Shown here: in pieces, positions 52,029-62,080 of the stretch | How positions within the stretch are numbered: position 1 is the first letter of the stretch | How the letters are laid out: each line of letters opens with the position of its first letter | DNA from: Malacoraja senta | Lineage: Eukaryota | DNA length: 64,000 nt | Direction: 5' to 3' | Assembly: GCA_038087875.1 (NCBI GenBank) | Contig: CM075987.1 | Span: forward strand, 24,802,001 to 24,866,000 | Notes under the pieces: model-generated | Seen by the model: the letters and a program-made list of their open reading frames with translations, nothing else | What the model was told of the DNA's origin: nothing | Database searches by the model: none | Made by a program: the position numbers and the translations under genes

Positions 52029-53335
52029 GTTGGATGATCAGCCATGATCGTATTGAATGGCGGTGCAGGCTCGAAGGGCCGAATGGCCTACTCCTGCACC
52101 TAATTTCTATCTATGTATCTATGTATGACAACAAAAAATCTCATGTGCATAGAAACCATAGAAAATAGGTGCAGGAGGAGGCCATTCGGCCCTTCGATCC
52201 AGCACCGCCATTCATTGTGATCATGGCTGATCGTCCCCTATCAATAACCCGTGCCTGCCTTCTCCACATATCCCTTGACTCCACTAGCCCCAAGGTTGCG
52301 AGGGAGATGAACTGGGGGGGGGGGGGAGATAGAGGGGTCAAGTGAGTCAAGGAATGGTGTAGGGAGCCCGGTGGGGGTGGGTTCACATTGTTTGGGGGTG
52401 GGGAGGATGGGGGAGGGAGCAAAGGGGGGTAAGGAGCCGTATGTGGCAGGGGTAAGGGGCAGGGAGCCACAGGGAGGAAGTCACATTGGGGGTGGGGAGG
52501 GTGTTGCAGTTTAGGAAGTCAAACCAGGGCAGGGTCTTCACTGTGAATGGCGGGGCGCTGGCGGAATGTGTGGAGCCGAGGGATCTAGGAGTGCAAGTAC
52601 GAGTTGGGCCGAAGGGCCTCTTTCCAACGCTGTATCACTCTATGAATCTATGACAAAGTGCTGGAGTAATTCAGCGGGTCAGGCAGCATCTGTGGAGAAG
52701 ATAGACACAAAGTGTTTGAGTAACTCAGCGGGTCAGGCAGCATCTGTGGAGAGAAGGAATGGGTGACATTTTGGGTCGAGACCCTTCTTTGGTTTAGTTT
52801 AGTTTAGAGATGCAGCGCGGAAACAGATCTTTTGGACCACGGACTCTGCGGCGACCAGCGATCACCCCGTACACTAGCACTATCCAACACACATCAGGGA
52901 CAATTTAACAATTTTGCGGAGTCCGATTAATTTACAACCCTGAACGTCTTTGAAATGTTGGAGGAAACTGGAGCACCCGGAGTAAAAACCCACGCAGGTC
53001 AAGGGGAGAATGTGCAAACTCTGCACAGACAGCACCCGTAGTCAGGATCGAGCCTGGGTCTCTGGCGGTGAGGCAGCAACTGTACCGCTGCGCCCCTGTG
53101 CCACGCAGAATTATATAACGGTTTCCTCCACCATAAATGCACCCAATATGTGCTAGTAATGTCCTGTTTGCCGGCTTGTTGACCGTCTGTGTTCCCCTCC
53201 TACAGGGTTTAGGAGTCGTTGCTGTGGAGGGAGAGACGGTGACGTGAGTGTCCATTGAGGGCGGCCAGGGTGCCGGTGAGCCCCCCCCCCCCCCATCTGC
53301 TCGGTGTGGGCTGAGCTTCGAGGGGCTGAGATTCG

Positions 53336-55048
53336 ATGGGGGACCACATGACCGGGCACAACAAGGAGAAGCGATATGGGTGTGATGTGTGTGGCAAGGC
53401 CTGCCGGTGCCCGAGCCGGCTGGACATCCACCGGCGGGTGCACACGGGAAAACGCCCCTTCGACGGCTCGTGCGACAAGAGCTTCAACATGGTGAAACAG
53501 CTGAAGATGCACCAGCGGGTTCACACTGGCGAGAAGCCCTATTGCTGTGGCACCTGCGGCAAGAACTTTGCCCAGTTGTCGGGGCTGAGGAACCACCAGC
53601 GGGTGCACAGCAGTGAGCAGCCCTTCACCTGCTCCGACTGCGGCAAAGGCTTCAAGTCGTCGCTGGACCTGAAGGTGCACAGGCGTGTGCACACCGGGGA
53701 GCGGCCCTACACCTGCGTCCAGTGCGGCAAGGGTTTCGCCCTCTCCGGCAAACTGCTATCCCATCAGCGCACCCACACCGGCGAGCGCCCCTACACCTGC
53801 AGCTACTGTGGCAAGGGCTTCACCCAGTCTAATTACCTGCTGTCCCACCAGCGCACCCACACTGGCGAGCGCCCCTACACCTGCACCCAGTGTTGCAAGG
53901 GTTTCACCCTCTCCGGCAGCCTGCTGAGGCACCAGCGCACCCACACCGGCGAGCGCCCCTACATCTGCGTCCAGTGCGGCAAGGGCTTCACACAGTCCAG
54001 TCACCTGCTGTCACACCAGCGCACCCACACCGGCGAGCGTCCCTACACCTGCAGCTACTGCGACAAGGGCTTCATCTGCTCCAGTCAACTGCTGTCCCAC
54101 CAGCGCACCCACACCGGCGAGCGTCCATTCACCTGCAGCTACTGCGACAAGAGCTTCATCTGCTCCAGCCACCTGCTGTCCCACCAGCGCACGCACACCG
54201 GCGAGCGCCCCTTCAGCTGCACCCAGTGCGGCAAGGGTTTCACCCTCTCCGGCAGCCTGCTGAGGCACCAGCGCACCCACACCGGCGAGCGCCCCTACAC
54301 CTGCATCCAGTGTGGCAAGGGTTTCACCCTCTCCAGCAGCCTGCGGTCCCACCAGCGCACCCACACCGGTGAGCGCCCCTACACCTGCATCCAGTGCGGC
54401 AAGGGTTTCACCCTCTCCAGCAGCCTGCGGTCCCACCAGCGCACCCACACCGGCGAGCGTCCCTACACCTGCAGCTACTGCGGCAAGGGCTTCATCTGCT
54501 CCAGCCACCTGCTGTCCCACCAGCGCACCCACACCGGCGAGCGTCCCTACACCTGCGCCCAGTGCGGCAAGGGTTTCACCCTCTCCGGCAGCCTGCTGAG
54601 GCACCAGCGCACCCACACCGGCGAGCGCCCCTACACCTGCATCCAGTGTGGCAAGGGTTTCACCCTCTCCAGCAGCCTGCGGTCCCACCAGCGCACCCAC
54701 ACCGGTGAGCGCCCGTACACCTGCTTCCAGTGCGGCAAGGGCTTCGCCAGCTCCACCAGACTGCTGTCCCACCAGCGGGTGCACACCGGCGACCGTCCCG
54801 TCCCCAGCCCGGTGTGTGGAGTGCGCTTTACCATGGCCTCCAACGCCCTGTCTCACCAGTGCGTGCACACCAGTGGCCAGCCCTACGACTGCCCGTACTG
54901 CGGTGAGGAGTTTGACAGCTCGCGGGGGTTGCGGCAGCACCGGCGGAACCACGCCGGCGAGCAGCTGCTCCCACTGCGACAAGAGGGCATGGGGTCTGCG
55001 GGAGCATCAGCGGTTACACACCGGAGAGAGACCTTATGTGTGCGCTGA
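53336..55048 (+). CDS. Tandem C2H2 (Kruppel-type) zinc-finger ORF: 19 finger units in frame (2 degenerate), ending in out-of-frame sequence after a frameshift; gene or young pseudogene
   Basis: 570-aa ORF of CxxC-x12-HxxxH repeats with TGERPY linkers. A candidate splice acceptor GTTCCCCTCCTACAG ends at 53205. No KRAB or SET domain is visible. Confidence 0.85.
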   Translation: MGDHMTGHNKEKRYGCDVCGKACRCPSRLDIHRRVHTGKRPFDGSCDKSFNMVKQLKMHQRVHTGEKPYCCGTCGKNFAQLSGLRNHQRVHSSEQPFTCSDCGKGFKSSLDLKVHRRVHTGERPYTCVQCGKGFALSGKLLSHQRTHTGERPYTCSYCGKGFTQSNYLLSHQRTHTGERPYTCTQCCKGFTLSGSLLRHQRTHTGERPYICVQCGKGFTQSSHLLSHQRTHTGERPYTCSYCDKGFICSSQLLSHQRTHTGERPFTCSYCDKSFICSSHLLSHQRTHTGERPFSCTQCGKGFTLSGSLLRHQRTHTGERPYTCIQCGKGFTLSSSLRSHQRTHTGERPYTCIQCGKGFTLSSSLRSHQRTHTGERPYTCSYCGKGFICSSHLLSHQRTHTGERPYTCAQCGKGFTLSGSLLRHQRTHTGERPYTCIQCGKGFTLSSSLRSHQRTHTGERPYTCFQCGKGFASSTRLLSHQRVHTGDRPVPSPVCGVRFTMASNALSHQCVHTSGQPYDCPYCGEEFDSSRGLRQHRRNHAGEQLLPLRQEGMGSAGASAVTHRRETLCVR

Positions 55049-55193
55049 GTGTGGCAAGGGTTTCACCCGCCTTGACCACCTGCTGGAGCACCGACGAGTC
55101 CACACCGGCCAGCGCCCCTTCACCTGCCTGCTCTGCAGCAAGATCTTTGCCCGCACCTCCAGCCTGCTGGCACACCGCCACGTGGATAGATAG
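54962..55193 (+). pseudogene. Frameshifted 3' continuation of the zinc-finger gene (3 further fingers)
   Basis: The alternative frame reads [72 protein letters not shown], with TAG at 55191-55193. Confidence 0.8.
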
Positions 55194-55271
55194 GGGCTGT
55201 TTAGGAAGACACAAAATGCTGGAAGGAATGGGTAACGTTTCAGGGTCGAGACCCATCTTCAATGTCGACGT

Positions 55272-55465
55272 GAAACATCACCCATTCCTTGTCTCCAGAG
55301 ATGCTGCCTGTCCCGCTGAGTTACTCCAGCACTCTGAAATGTCACCTATCCCTGTTCTCCAGAGATGCTGCCTGACCCGCTGAGTTACTCCAGCACTCTG
55401 TGACTGTCACCTATCCATGTTCTCCACAGATGCTGCCTGACCCGCTGAGTTATTCCAGCACTCTT
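55272..55465 (+). repeat. Three tandem ~63-bp units of the Penelope-like terminal repeat
   Basis: Repeated GTCACCTATCC..TTCTCCAGAGATGCTGCCTGACCCGCTGAGTTACTCCAGCACTCT. Confidence 0.85.
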
Positions 55466-56129
55466 TGTTAGTCATAGAGTGATACAGTGTGGAAACAGGC
55501 CCTTCGGCCCAACTTGCCCACACCGACTAACATGTCCCAGCTACACTAGACCCACCTGCCTGTGCTTGCCCATGTCCTCTGGTCCTCGATCCCCCCACTC
55601 TGGGCAAGAGATTCTGTGCATCTAACTAAATTGTGTTCTATGCAAGATTCCAGCATCTGCAGTATCATGTGTCTCCCTCACCTATATCCACCTATCACTT
55701 CTGAAGAAGCGTCTCAACCTGAAACGTCACCCATTCCTTCTCTCTAGAGATGCTGCCTGTCCCGCTGAGTTACTCCAGCATCTTGTGTCCACCTGTCACT
55801 TGCCAGACTTTGTGCAGCCCCCATCTCTCTTTTCCAGCTTCCTCCCCCCACCCTCTCCACTCAGTCTGAAGAAGGGTCCTGACTCAAAACGTTGTCTGTC
55901 CATTCCCTCTAAAGCGGTGGAGGAACTCAGTAGGTCAGGCCGCATCTGTAGAGGGAAGGGAATCTAAGGCGACCACTCCCTCCTCTCCTTTCCAACTTTC
56001 TCCACCCCCCACACCAAGCAGTCTGAAGAAGGGTCCTGACCTAGAATGTTGCCTGTCCATGGTCTCCAGACATGCAAGTTACTCCAGGAGATTGTGTCTC
56101 TCTTTGTAAACCGGCATCTGCTTTTCCTT

Positions 56130-57585
56130 CTTTACGTATGTGAAGAGGAAATCATTAGTTAAGAGCAAAGTTGGACTCTTGAAGACTGAAAAAGGTGAAT
56201 TTATTATGGGGAACAAGGAAATGGCAGATGAGTTGAACATTTATTTTGGATCCGTCTTCACTAAGGAGGACACAAACAATCTTCCTGATGTACTAGTGGC
56301 CAGAGGATCTGGGGTGACGGAGGAACTGAAGGAAATCCACATTAGGCAGGAAATGGTGTTGGATAGACTGATGGGACTGTAGGCTGATAAATCCCCAGGG
56401 CCTGATGGTCTGCATCCCAGAATACTTAAAGAAGTGGTTCTAGAAATTGTGGACGCATTGGTGATCATTTTCCAATGTTCCATAGATTCAGGATCAGTTG
56501 CTGTGGATTGGAGGGTAGCTAATGTTACCCCACTTTTTAAGAAAGGCGGGAGAGAGAAAGCAGGGAATTATAGACCAGTTAGCCTGACATCGGTGGTGGG
56601 GAAGATGCTGGAGTCAATTATAAAAGATGAAATAGCCGCATATTTGGATAGCAGTAACAGGATCGGTCCGAGTCAGCATGGATTTACAAAGGGGAAATCA
56701 TGCTTGACTAATCTTCTGGAATTTTTTGAGGATGTAACTAGGAAAATGGACTTGGGAGAGCCAGTGGATGTAGTGTACCTGGAGTTCCAGAAAGCATTTG
56801 ATAAGGTTCCACATGGAAGTTTAGTGGGCAAATTTAGGGCACAGGGTATTGGAGGTAGAGTGCTGACACGGATAGAAAATTGGTTGGCAGACAGGAAACA
56901 CAGAGTAGGGATTAACGGGTCCATTTCAAAATGGCAGGCAGTGACTAGTGGGGTGCCACAAGGCTCGGTACTGCGACTGCAGCTATTTACCATATACATC
57001 AATGAAGAGATTTAAAAGTAACATTAGCAAATTTGCAGATGACAAAGCTGGGTGGCAGTGTGAACTGTGAGGAGGATGCTATGAGAATGCAGGGTGACTT
57101 GGACAGGTTGGGGGAGTGGGCAGATGCATTGCAGATGCAGTTTAATGTGGATAAATGAGGTAGATTATTATCTAAATGGTGTCAAGTTGGGAAATGTGGA
57201 GGTACAACGGGATCTGGGGGTCCTTGTTCCTCAGTGACTGAAAGTAAGCATATAAGTAATTTAGGGCATAGGGTATTGGGAGTAGAGTGCTGACATGGAT
57301 AGAAAATTGGTTGGCAGACAGGAAACACAGAGTAGGGATTAACGGGTCACAGACTGGGAAACATTCTGTAAAAGGGCTGGATGGTTTGGAGTTTGTAAAA
57401 TGTGTGCAGGATAGTTTTTGCAGCAATACATAGAGGTACCTACTAGAGAAGGGGCAGTGCTGGACCTCCTGTTAGGAAATGAGACAGGTCAGTTGACGGA
57501 GGTATGTGTTGGGGAGCACTTCGGGTCCAGTGATCACAATACCATTAGTTTCAATATAATTATGGAGAAGGTCAGAACTGGATCT
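56130..57585 (+). mobile_element. Older, rearranged internal CR1 ORF2 fragment
   Basis: RT motifs are present but broken by stops and frameshifts. 57260-57348 re-duplicates ~56830-56920, and an endonuclease-region piece (PTREGAVLDLLL...SDHN) lies out of order at 57350-57585. Confidence 0.85.
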
Positions 57586-59406
57586 CCCGGTTCCCAACCA
57601 TATTAACTCCCCTTCCTACTCCCACACTGATGTTTCTGTCCTGGGCCTCCATTGCCAGAGTGAGGTGACACGCAAACTGGAGGAACAGCACCTCATAGCT
57701 TACAGCCCAATGACATGAACATTGAATTCTCCAAATTAAGGAAACTCCCCCCTCCTAATCAGGTCCTGGAGTCTGTCCCAACCGCCTCTCTTTTTCCAGC
57801 TTTCTCCCCCGACTCCATCAGTCCAAAGAAGGGTTCAGACCTGACACGTCGCCTGTCCATTCCCCTCCAAAGTGCTGGTAGTACTCAGCAGGTCAGCCAT
57901 CCGGGGTGAGAACTTTGGCCCTTCCAGCCAGCACCGCCATTCAATGTGATTCCGCTGTGTGGATGTTTATGTTAGATTTTATTTTATGTGGCTGTGTGTC
58001 TTGTTGCTTTTTACTCAGTATGGCTGTATGGTAACTCAAATATCACTGTACCATAATTGGTGCATGTGACAATAAATTCCAACTTGAACTTGATCAGCTT
58101 TCGTCTATATATTAAAAAAAGGATAATGCTGACTGATCGTGCACAATTGTGACGGCTTGATTTTAAAGACAGGACAGGACAGGGGCATTCCCTGAGGGAT
58201 TCGGGTGGTTGGAAGAGGTTTCGTCTGTGTTTTTCCCCTCGGTTGTTGTCAGGTGAGGAAGGCGGCGGCACTCGGCCCGTCGGGGCTAGGATGCGCGGGA
58301 GGAAGGCTGAGCTTGGATTGAGGCTTGGAAGGCTGAGCTCGCCTCCCCTGCCCCGACCCGCATCCGGTCCACCACGGAGGGGGAAGCGATCAAACTCCAC
58401 ACGGAGAGCGTCGGTGGTTGCCCTGCCCGGCGACAGGCCCTTCGGCCCCTCGTCCGTGCTACCTCGGGCTTTCTGCAACACAATCTTGCACTGTTCTGCC
58501 CTGGATATTGCATTTATTGCGTTTGTCATCACTGTATGTACACTGTTTGCTCTGGTGGCTGCATGTGAACGGGTGATTTCATCGCCTCCCGATCGATGTG
58601 CAGAACAACAAACTAATGAAGCATCTGGAACACAGTTCTCCTGGGTTGCTGCAGGCTGAAGCATCAAACTACCCTGTTGAGCCCCGTCAGTCCCACAGCA
58701 CAGAAACACACAGCCATGCCTATCGAAGCTAGTCCCACATGCCCACGTCTGGCCCCTCACCCTCACTGCCTTTCCCACTCATGTCTTTAGAAAGGAGATG
58801 AGGAGGAATTTCATTAGCCAGAGGGTGGTGAATCTGTGGAATTCATTGCCACAGAGGGCGGTGGAGGCCAAGTCACTGGGTATTGTTTAGATTTTAGAGA
58901 TACTGCGCGGAAACAGGCCCTTCGGCCCATCGAGTCATCGCCGACCAGTGATCACCCCGTACACTAACTCCATCCTACACACATTAGGGACAATTTTACA
59001 GAAGCCAATTAATCTACAAACCAGCAGGTCTTTGGACTGCGGAAGGAAACCGGAGCACCCGGAGAAAACCCACGCAGGTCACGGGGAGAACGTGCAAACT
59101 CCGTACAGACAGCACCCATATTCAGGATGGAATCCGGGTCTCTGGCGCTGTGAGGCAGCAACTCTACCGCTGCACCACTGTGTATTTTTGCTATCTATCA
59201 TTTCTTTTATTACTCACACCAGCAGAGTTGTGCACAAATGGTTCACATTAATAATGTCAATCTGAGGGGCAACTTTTCCACACAGAGGGTGGTGGGTGTT
59301 TGGAATGAGCTGCCGGAGGAGATAGTTGAGGCAGGGACTATCACAATGTTTAAGAGACACTTGGATAGGACAGGTTTGGAGGGATATGGGCCAAACGCGA
59401 GCAAGT

Positions 59407-60088
59407 GGGACTAGTGTACATTGGGCATGTTGGTCGGGGTGGGACTATTGTAGATGGGGCATGTTGGTCGGGGTGGGACTAGTGTAGATGGGGCATGTTG
59501 GTCGGGTTGGGACTAGTGTAGATGGGGCATGTTGGTCGGGGTGGGACTAGTGTAGATGGGGCATGTTCATTAGGGTGGGACTAGTGTCGATGGGGCATGT
59601 TGGTCGGGGTGGGACTAGTGTAGATGGGGCATGTTGGTCGGGTTGGGACTAGTGTAGATGGGGCATGTTGGTTGAGGTGGGACTAGTGTAGATGGTAATG
59701 TTGGTCAGGGTGGGACTGGTGTGGATGGGGCATGTTGGTCGGGGTGGGGCTAGTGTAGATGGGGCATGTTGGTCAGGGTGGGACTAGTGTAGATGGGGCA
59801 TGTTGGTCGGGGTGGGACAAGTGTAGGTGGGGCATGTTGGTCGGGGTGGGACTAGTGTAGATGGGGCATGTTGGTCGGGGTGGGACTGGTGTAGATGGGG
59901 CATGTTGGTCGGGGTGGGGCTAGTGTAGATGGGGTATGTTGGTCGGGGTGGGACTAGTGTAGATGGGGCAAGTTGGTCGGGGTGGGACTAGTGTAGATGG
60001 GGCATGTTGGTTGGGGTGGGACTAGTGTAGATGGGGCATGTTGGTCGGGGTGGGGCTAGTGTAGTTGGGGCATGTTGGTCGGGGCGGA
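59407..60088 (+). repeat. 34-bp minisatellite, ~20 copies, unit GGGACTAGTGTAGATGGGGCATGTTGGTCGGGGT
   Basis: Period is 34 (59407, 59441, ...). Embedded in a CR1 3' end spanning 59265-60125. Confidence 0.95.
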
Positions 60089-60564
60089 CAAGTTGGGCCG
60101 AAGGAAGGGCCTGTTTCCTGTGACTATGAACTTCCAAGAGTAACATTCTCCTTTCTCTGGGTCATTCATTGTTAATAAAGAAAGTTTACTTTTCAGGTTT
60201 AAATGTCCACAGTAAAGTGTAGTCAGAAGTGAGCCCACCTGCTTCAGCCACGATGAATTAACAAATCATCACTATTCACTTCTCAGACATTAGAATTGGT
60301 CAGAACATTCCCCCCACCGTGACCCTCGACACCATGGGGTCATGACCTTGCCACCCACAACTTGTGGCCAGGTCTCAGGCCAATGGGATCGAGACGTCTG
60401 TCCACTGGTCAGAACAGTATTTCAGCCACATGAGCAGCAAAGATGAGATAGAGTATGGGAAAGACATTGAGACCCTTCTGTTCTGAAGGGCCGAATGGCA
60501 CACTCCTGCACCTATGGTCAGGATAACAATCCATCCCTCAGCATCAGCAAGACAAAAGAGTTAG

Positions 60565-61030
60565 CGTTTACAAGAACGATCCCAGGAACGAGTGGGTTAA
60601 CGTACGATGAGCGTTTGTCGGCGCTGGGCCTGTACTCGCTGGAGTTTAGAAGAGTGGGGGGTGGGGGCATTGAAACGTCACCGAACAGTGAAAGGCCCGG
60701 ATAGAGTGGATGTGGAGAGGATGTTTCCACTAATGGGAGTGTCTCGGACCAGTGGGCACAGCCTCAGATTTAGACTTTCCTTTAGGAAGGAGATGAGGAG
60801 GAATTTCTTTAGCCAGAGGGTGGTGAATCTGTGGGATTCATTGCCACAGACGGCAGTGGAGGCCACAAGTCAGTGGATATATTTAAGGCAGAGATAGATA
60901 GATTGTTGATGAGTGCGGGTGTCAGGGGTTGTGGGGAGAAGGCAGGAGAATGGGGTTAGGAGAGATAGATCAGCCATGATTGAATGGTGGGGTAGAATCG
61001 ATGGGCCGAATGGCCTAATTCTGATTCTGC
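60565..61030 (+). mobile_element. Degenerate CR1 3' fragment
   Basis: Reads FTRTIPG..LTYDERL..LGLYSLEFRR and NFFSQRVVNLW, followed by a 3'UTR. Confidence 0.8.
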
Positions 61031-61275
61031 GTGTCGTCTCTGACTTAAGGAAATGCAAGCAGCCACTTTGTGTAAAAAGCAACAAGTCGGAGGGCAATTA
61101 TTCTCCTGCAGACATCTACTGCTCCAGGTCGATATCATGATGTGTGCAACAAACATTGATTAGCTACTGGTGGGCGAATGGTTAATGTGGTAATCAGCTT
61201 GATTGAAGCTGATTAGAAAATTGTCAGCTGCTGTGTATAAAAGGGGGAGTTGTGGGAGTGTTTGAGTGTAGTTTT

Positions 61276-61583
61276 CCTGGGCTGTGGATGGGAGCAGTGG
61301 TCCTGGGCTGTCGTGAGGAGCAGTGGTCCTGGGCTGTGGATGGGAGCAGTGGTCCTGGGCTGTGGATGGGAGCAGTGGTCCTGGGCTGTGGATGGGAGCA
61401 GTGGTCCTGGGCTGTGGATGGGAGCAGTGGTCCTGGGCTGTGGATGGGAGCAGTGGTCCTGGGCTGTGGATGGGAGCAGTGGTCCTGGGCTGTGGATGGG
61501 AGCAGTGGTCCTGGGCTGTGGATGGGAGCAGTGGTCCTGGGCTGTGGATGGGAGCAGTGGTCCTGGGCTGTGGATGGGAGCAG
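61276..61583 (+). repeat. 26-bp minisatellite, ~12 copies, unit CCTGGGCTGTGGATGGGAGCAGTGGT
   Basis: Period is 26; units are almost all identical. Confidence 0.95.
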
Positions 61584-61812
61584 AGCTCATGGTAGAGACA
61601 GGGAGTCTCCCCGTGTGTCTGATGTGGATCTACATCTCCAGGGCATGAGGTCGGTGAGAACACTACAGCTCTCTACTGAATTGTGTTTGCTTCTTTGATT
61701 AATTCTGCTGACTTTTCCTTTCAATTGTTGTCATTTGAAGTGTCCAGGGTTTTTAATGATTATTTCTTCTGGTGCAACTGTAATTGTGCTGATTCTGTGC
61801 TGATTCTGTGCT

Positions 61813-62080
61813 GATGAGGAAAAACTTTTTCACACAGAGAGTGGTGAATCTCTGGAACTCTCTGCCACAGAGGGTAGTTGAGGCCAGTTCATTGGCTATA
61901 TTTAAGAGGGAATTAGATGTGGCCCTTGTGGCTAAATGGATCAGGGGGTATGGAGAGAAGGCAGGTACGGGATACTGAGTTGGATGATCAGCCATGATCG
62001 TATTGAATGGCGGTGCAGGCTCGAAGGGCCGAATGGCCTACTCCTGCACCTATTTTCTATGTATCTATGTATCTATGTAT
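61813..62080 (+). mobile_element. Young CR1 3' fragment
   Basis: Matches 51863-52125 and carries the TATGTATC tail. Confidence 0.9.

Larger units (their letters stand above)
48428..52125 (+). mobile_element. Young CR1-clade LINE, 5'-truncated within ORF1, with intact ORF2, 3'UTR and (TATGTATC)n-type tail
   Basis: SGNH-esterase-type ORF1 remnant, uninterrupted APE+RT ORF2, 3' motif GGCTCGAAGGGCCGAATGGCCTACTCCTGCACC and a microsatellite tail. No TSD was found. Confidence 0.95.

Noticed and set aside
54011..54982. 323-aa antisense ORF and alternate-frame ORFs over the ZNF array
   Set aside because: Shadow frames of a GC-rich 84-bp repeat.
53336..55048. Calling the ZNF PRDM9, or a nested TRIM32
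   Set aside because: No KRAB, SSXRD or PR/SET exon is visible, and no RING, B-box or NHL sequence occurs in the window.
59407..61583. CRISPR-like arrays (34-bp and 26-bp repeats)
   Set aside because: Head-to-tail repeats without unique spacers, no cas genes, vertebrate context. ORFs over the 26-bp array are repeat artefacts.
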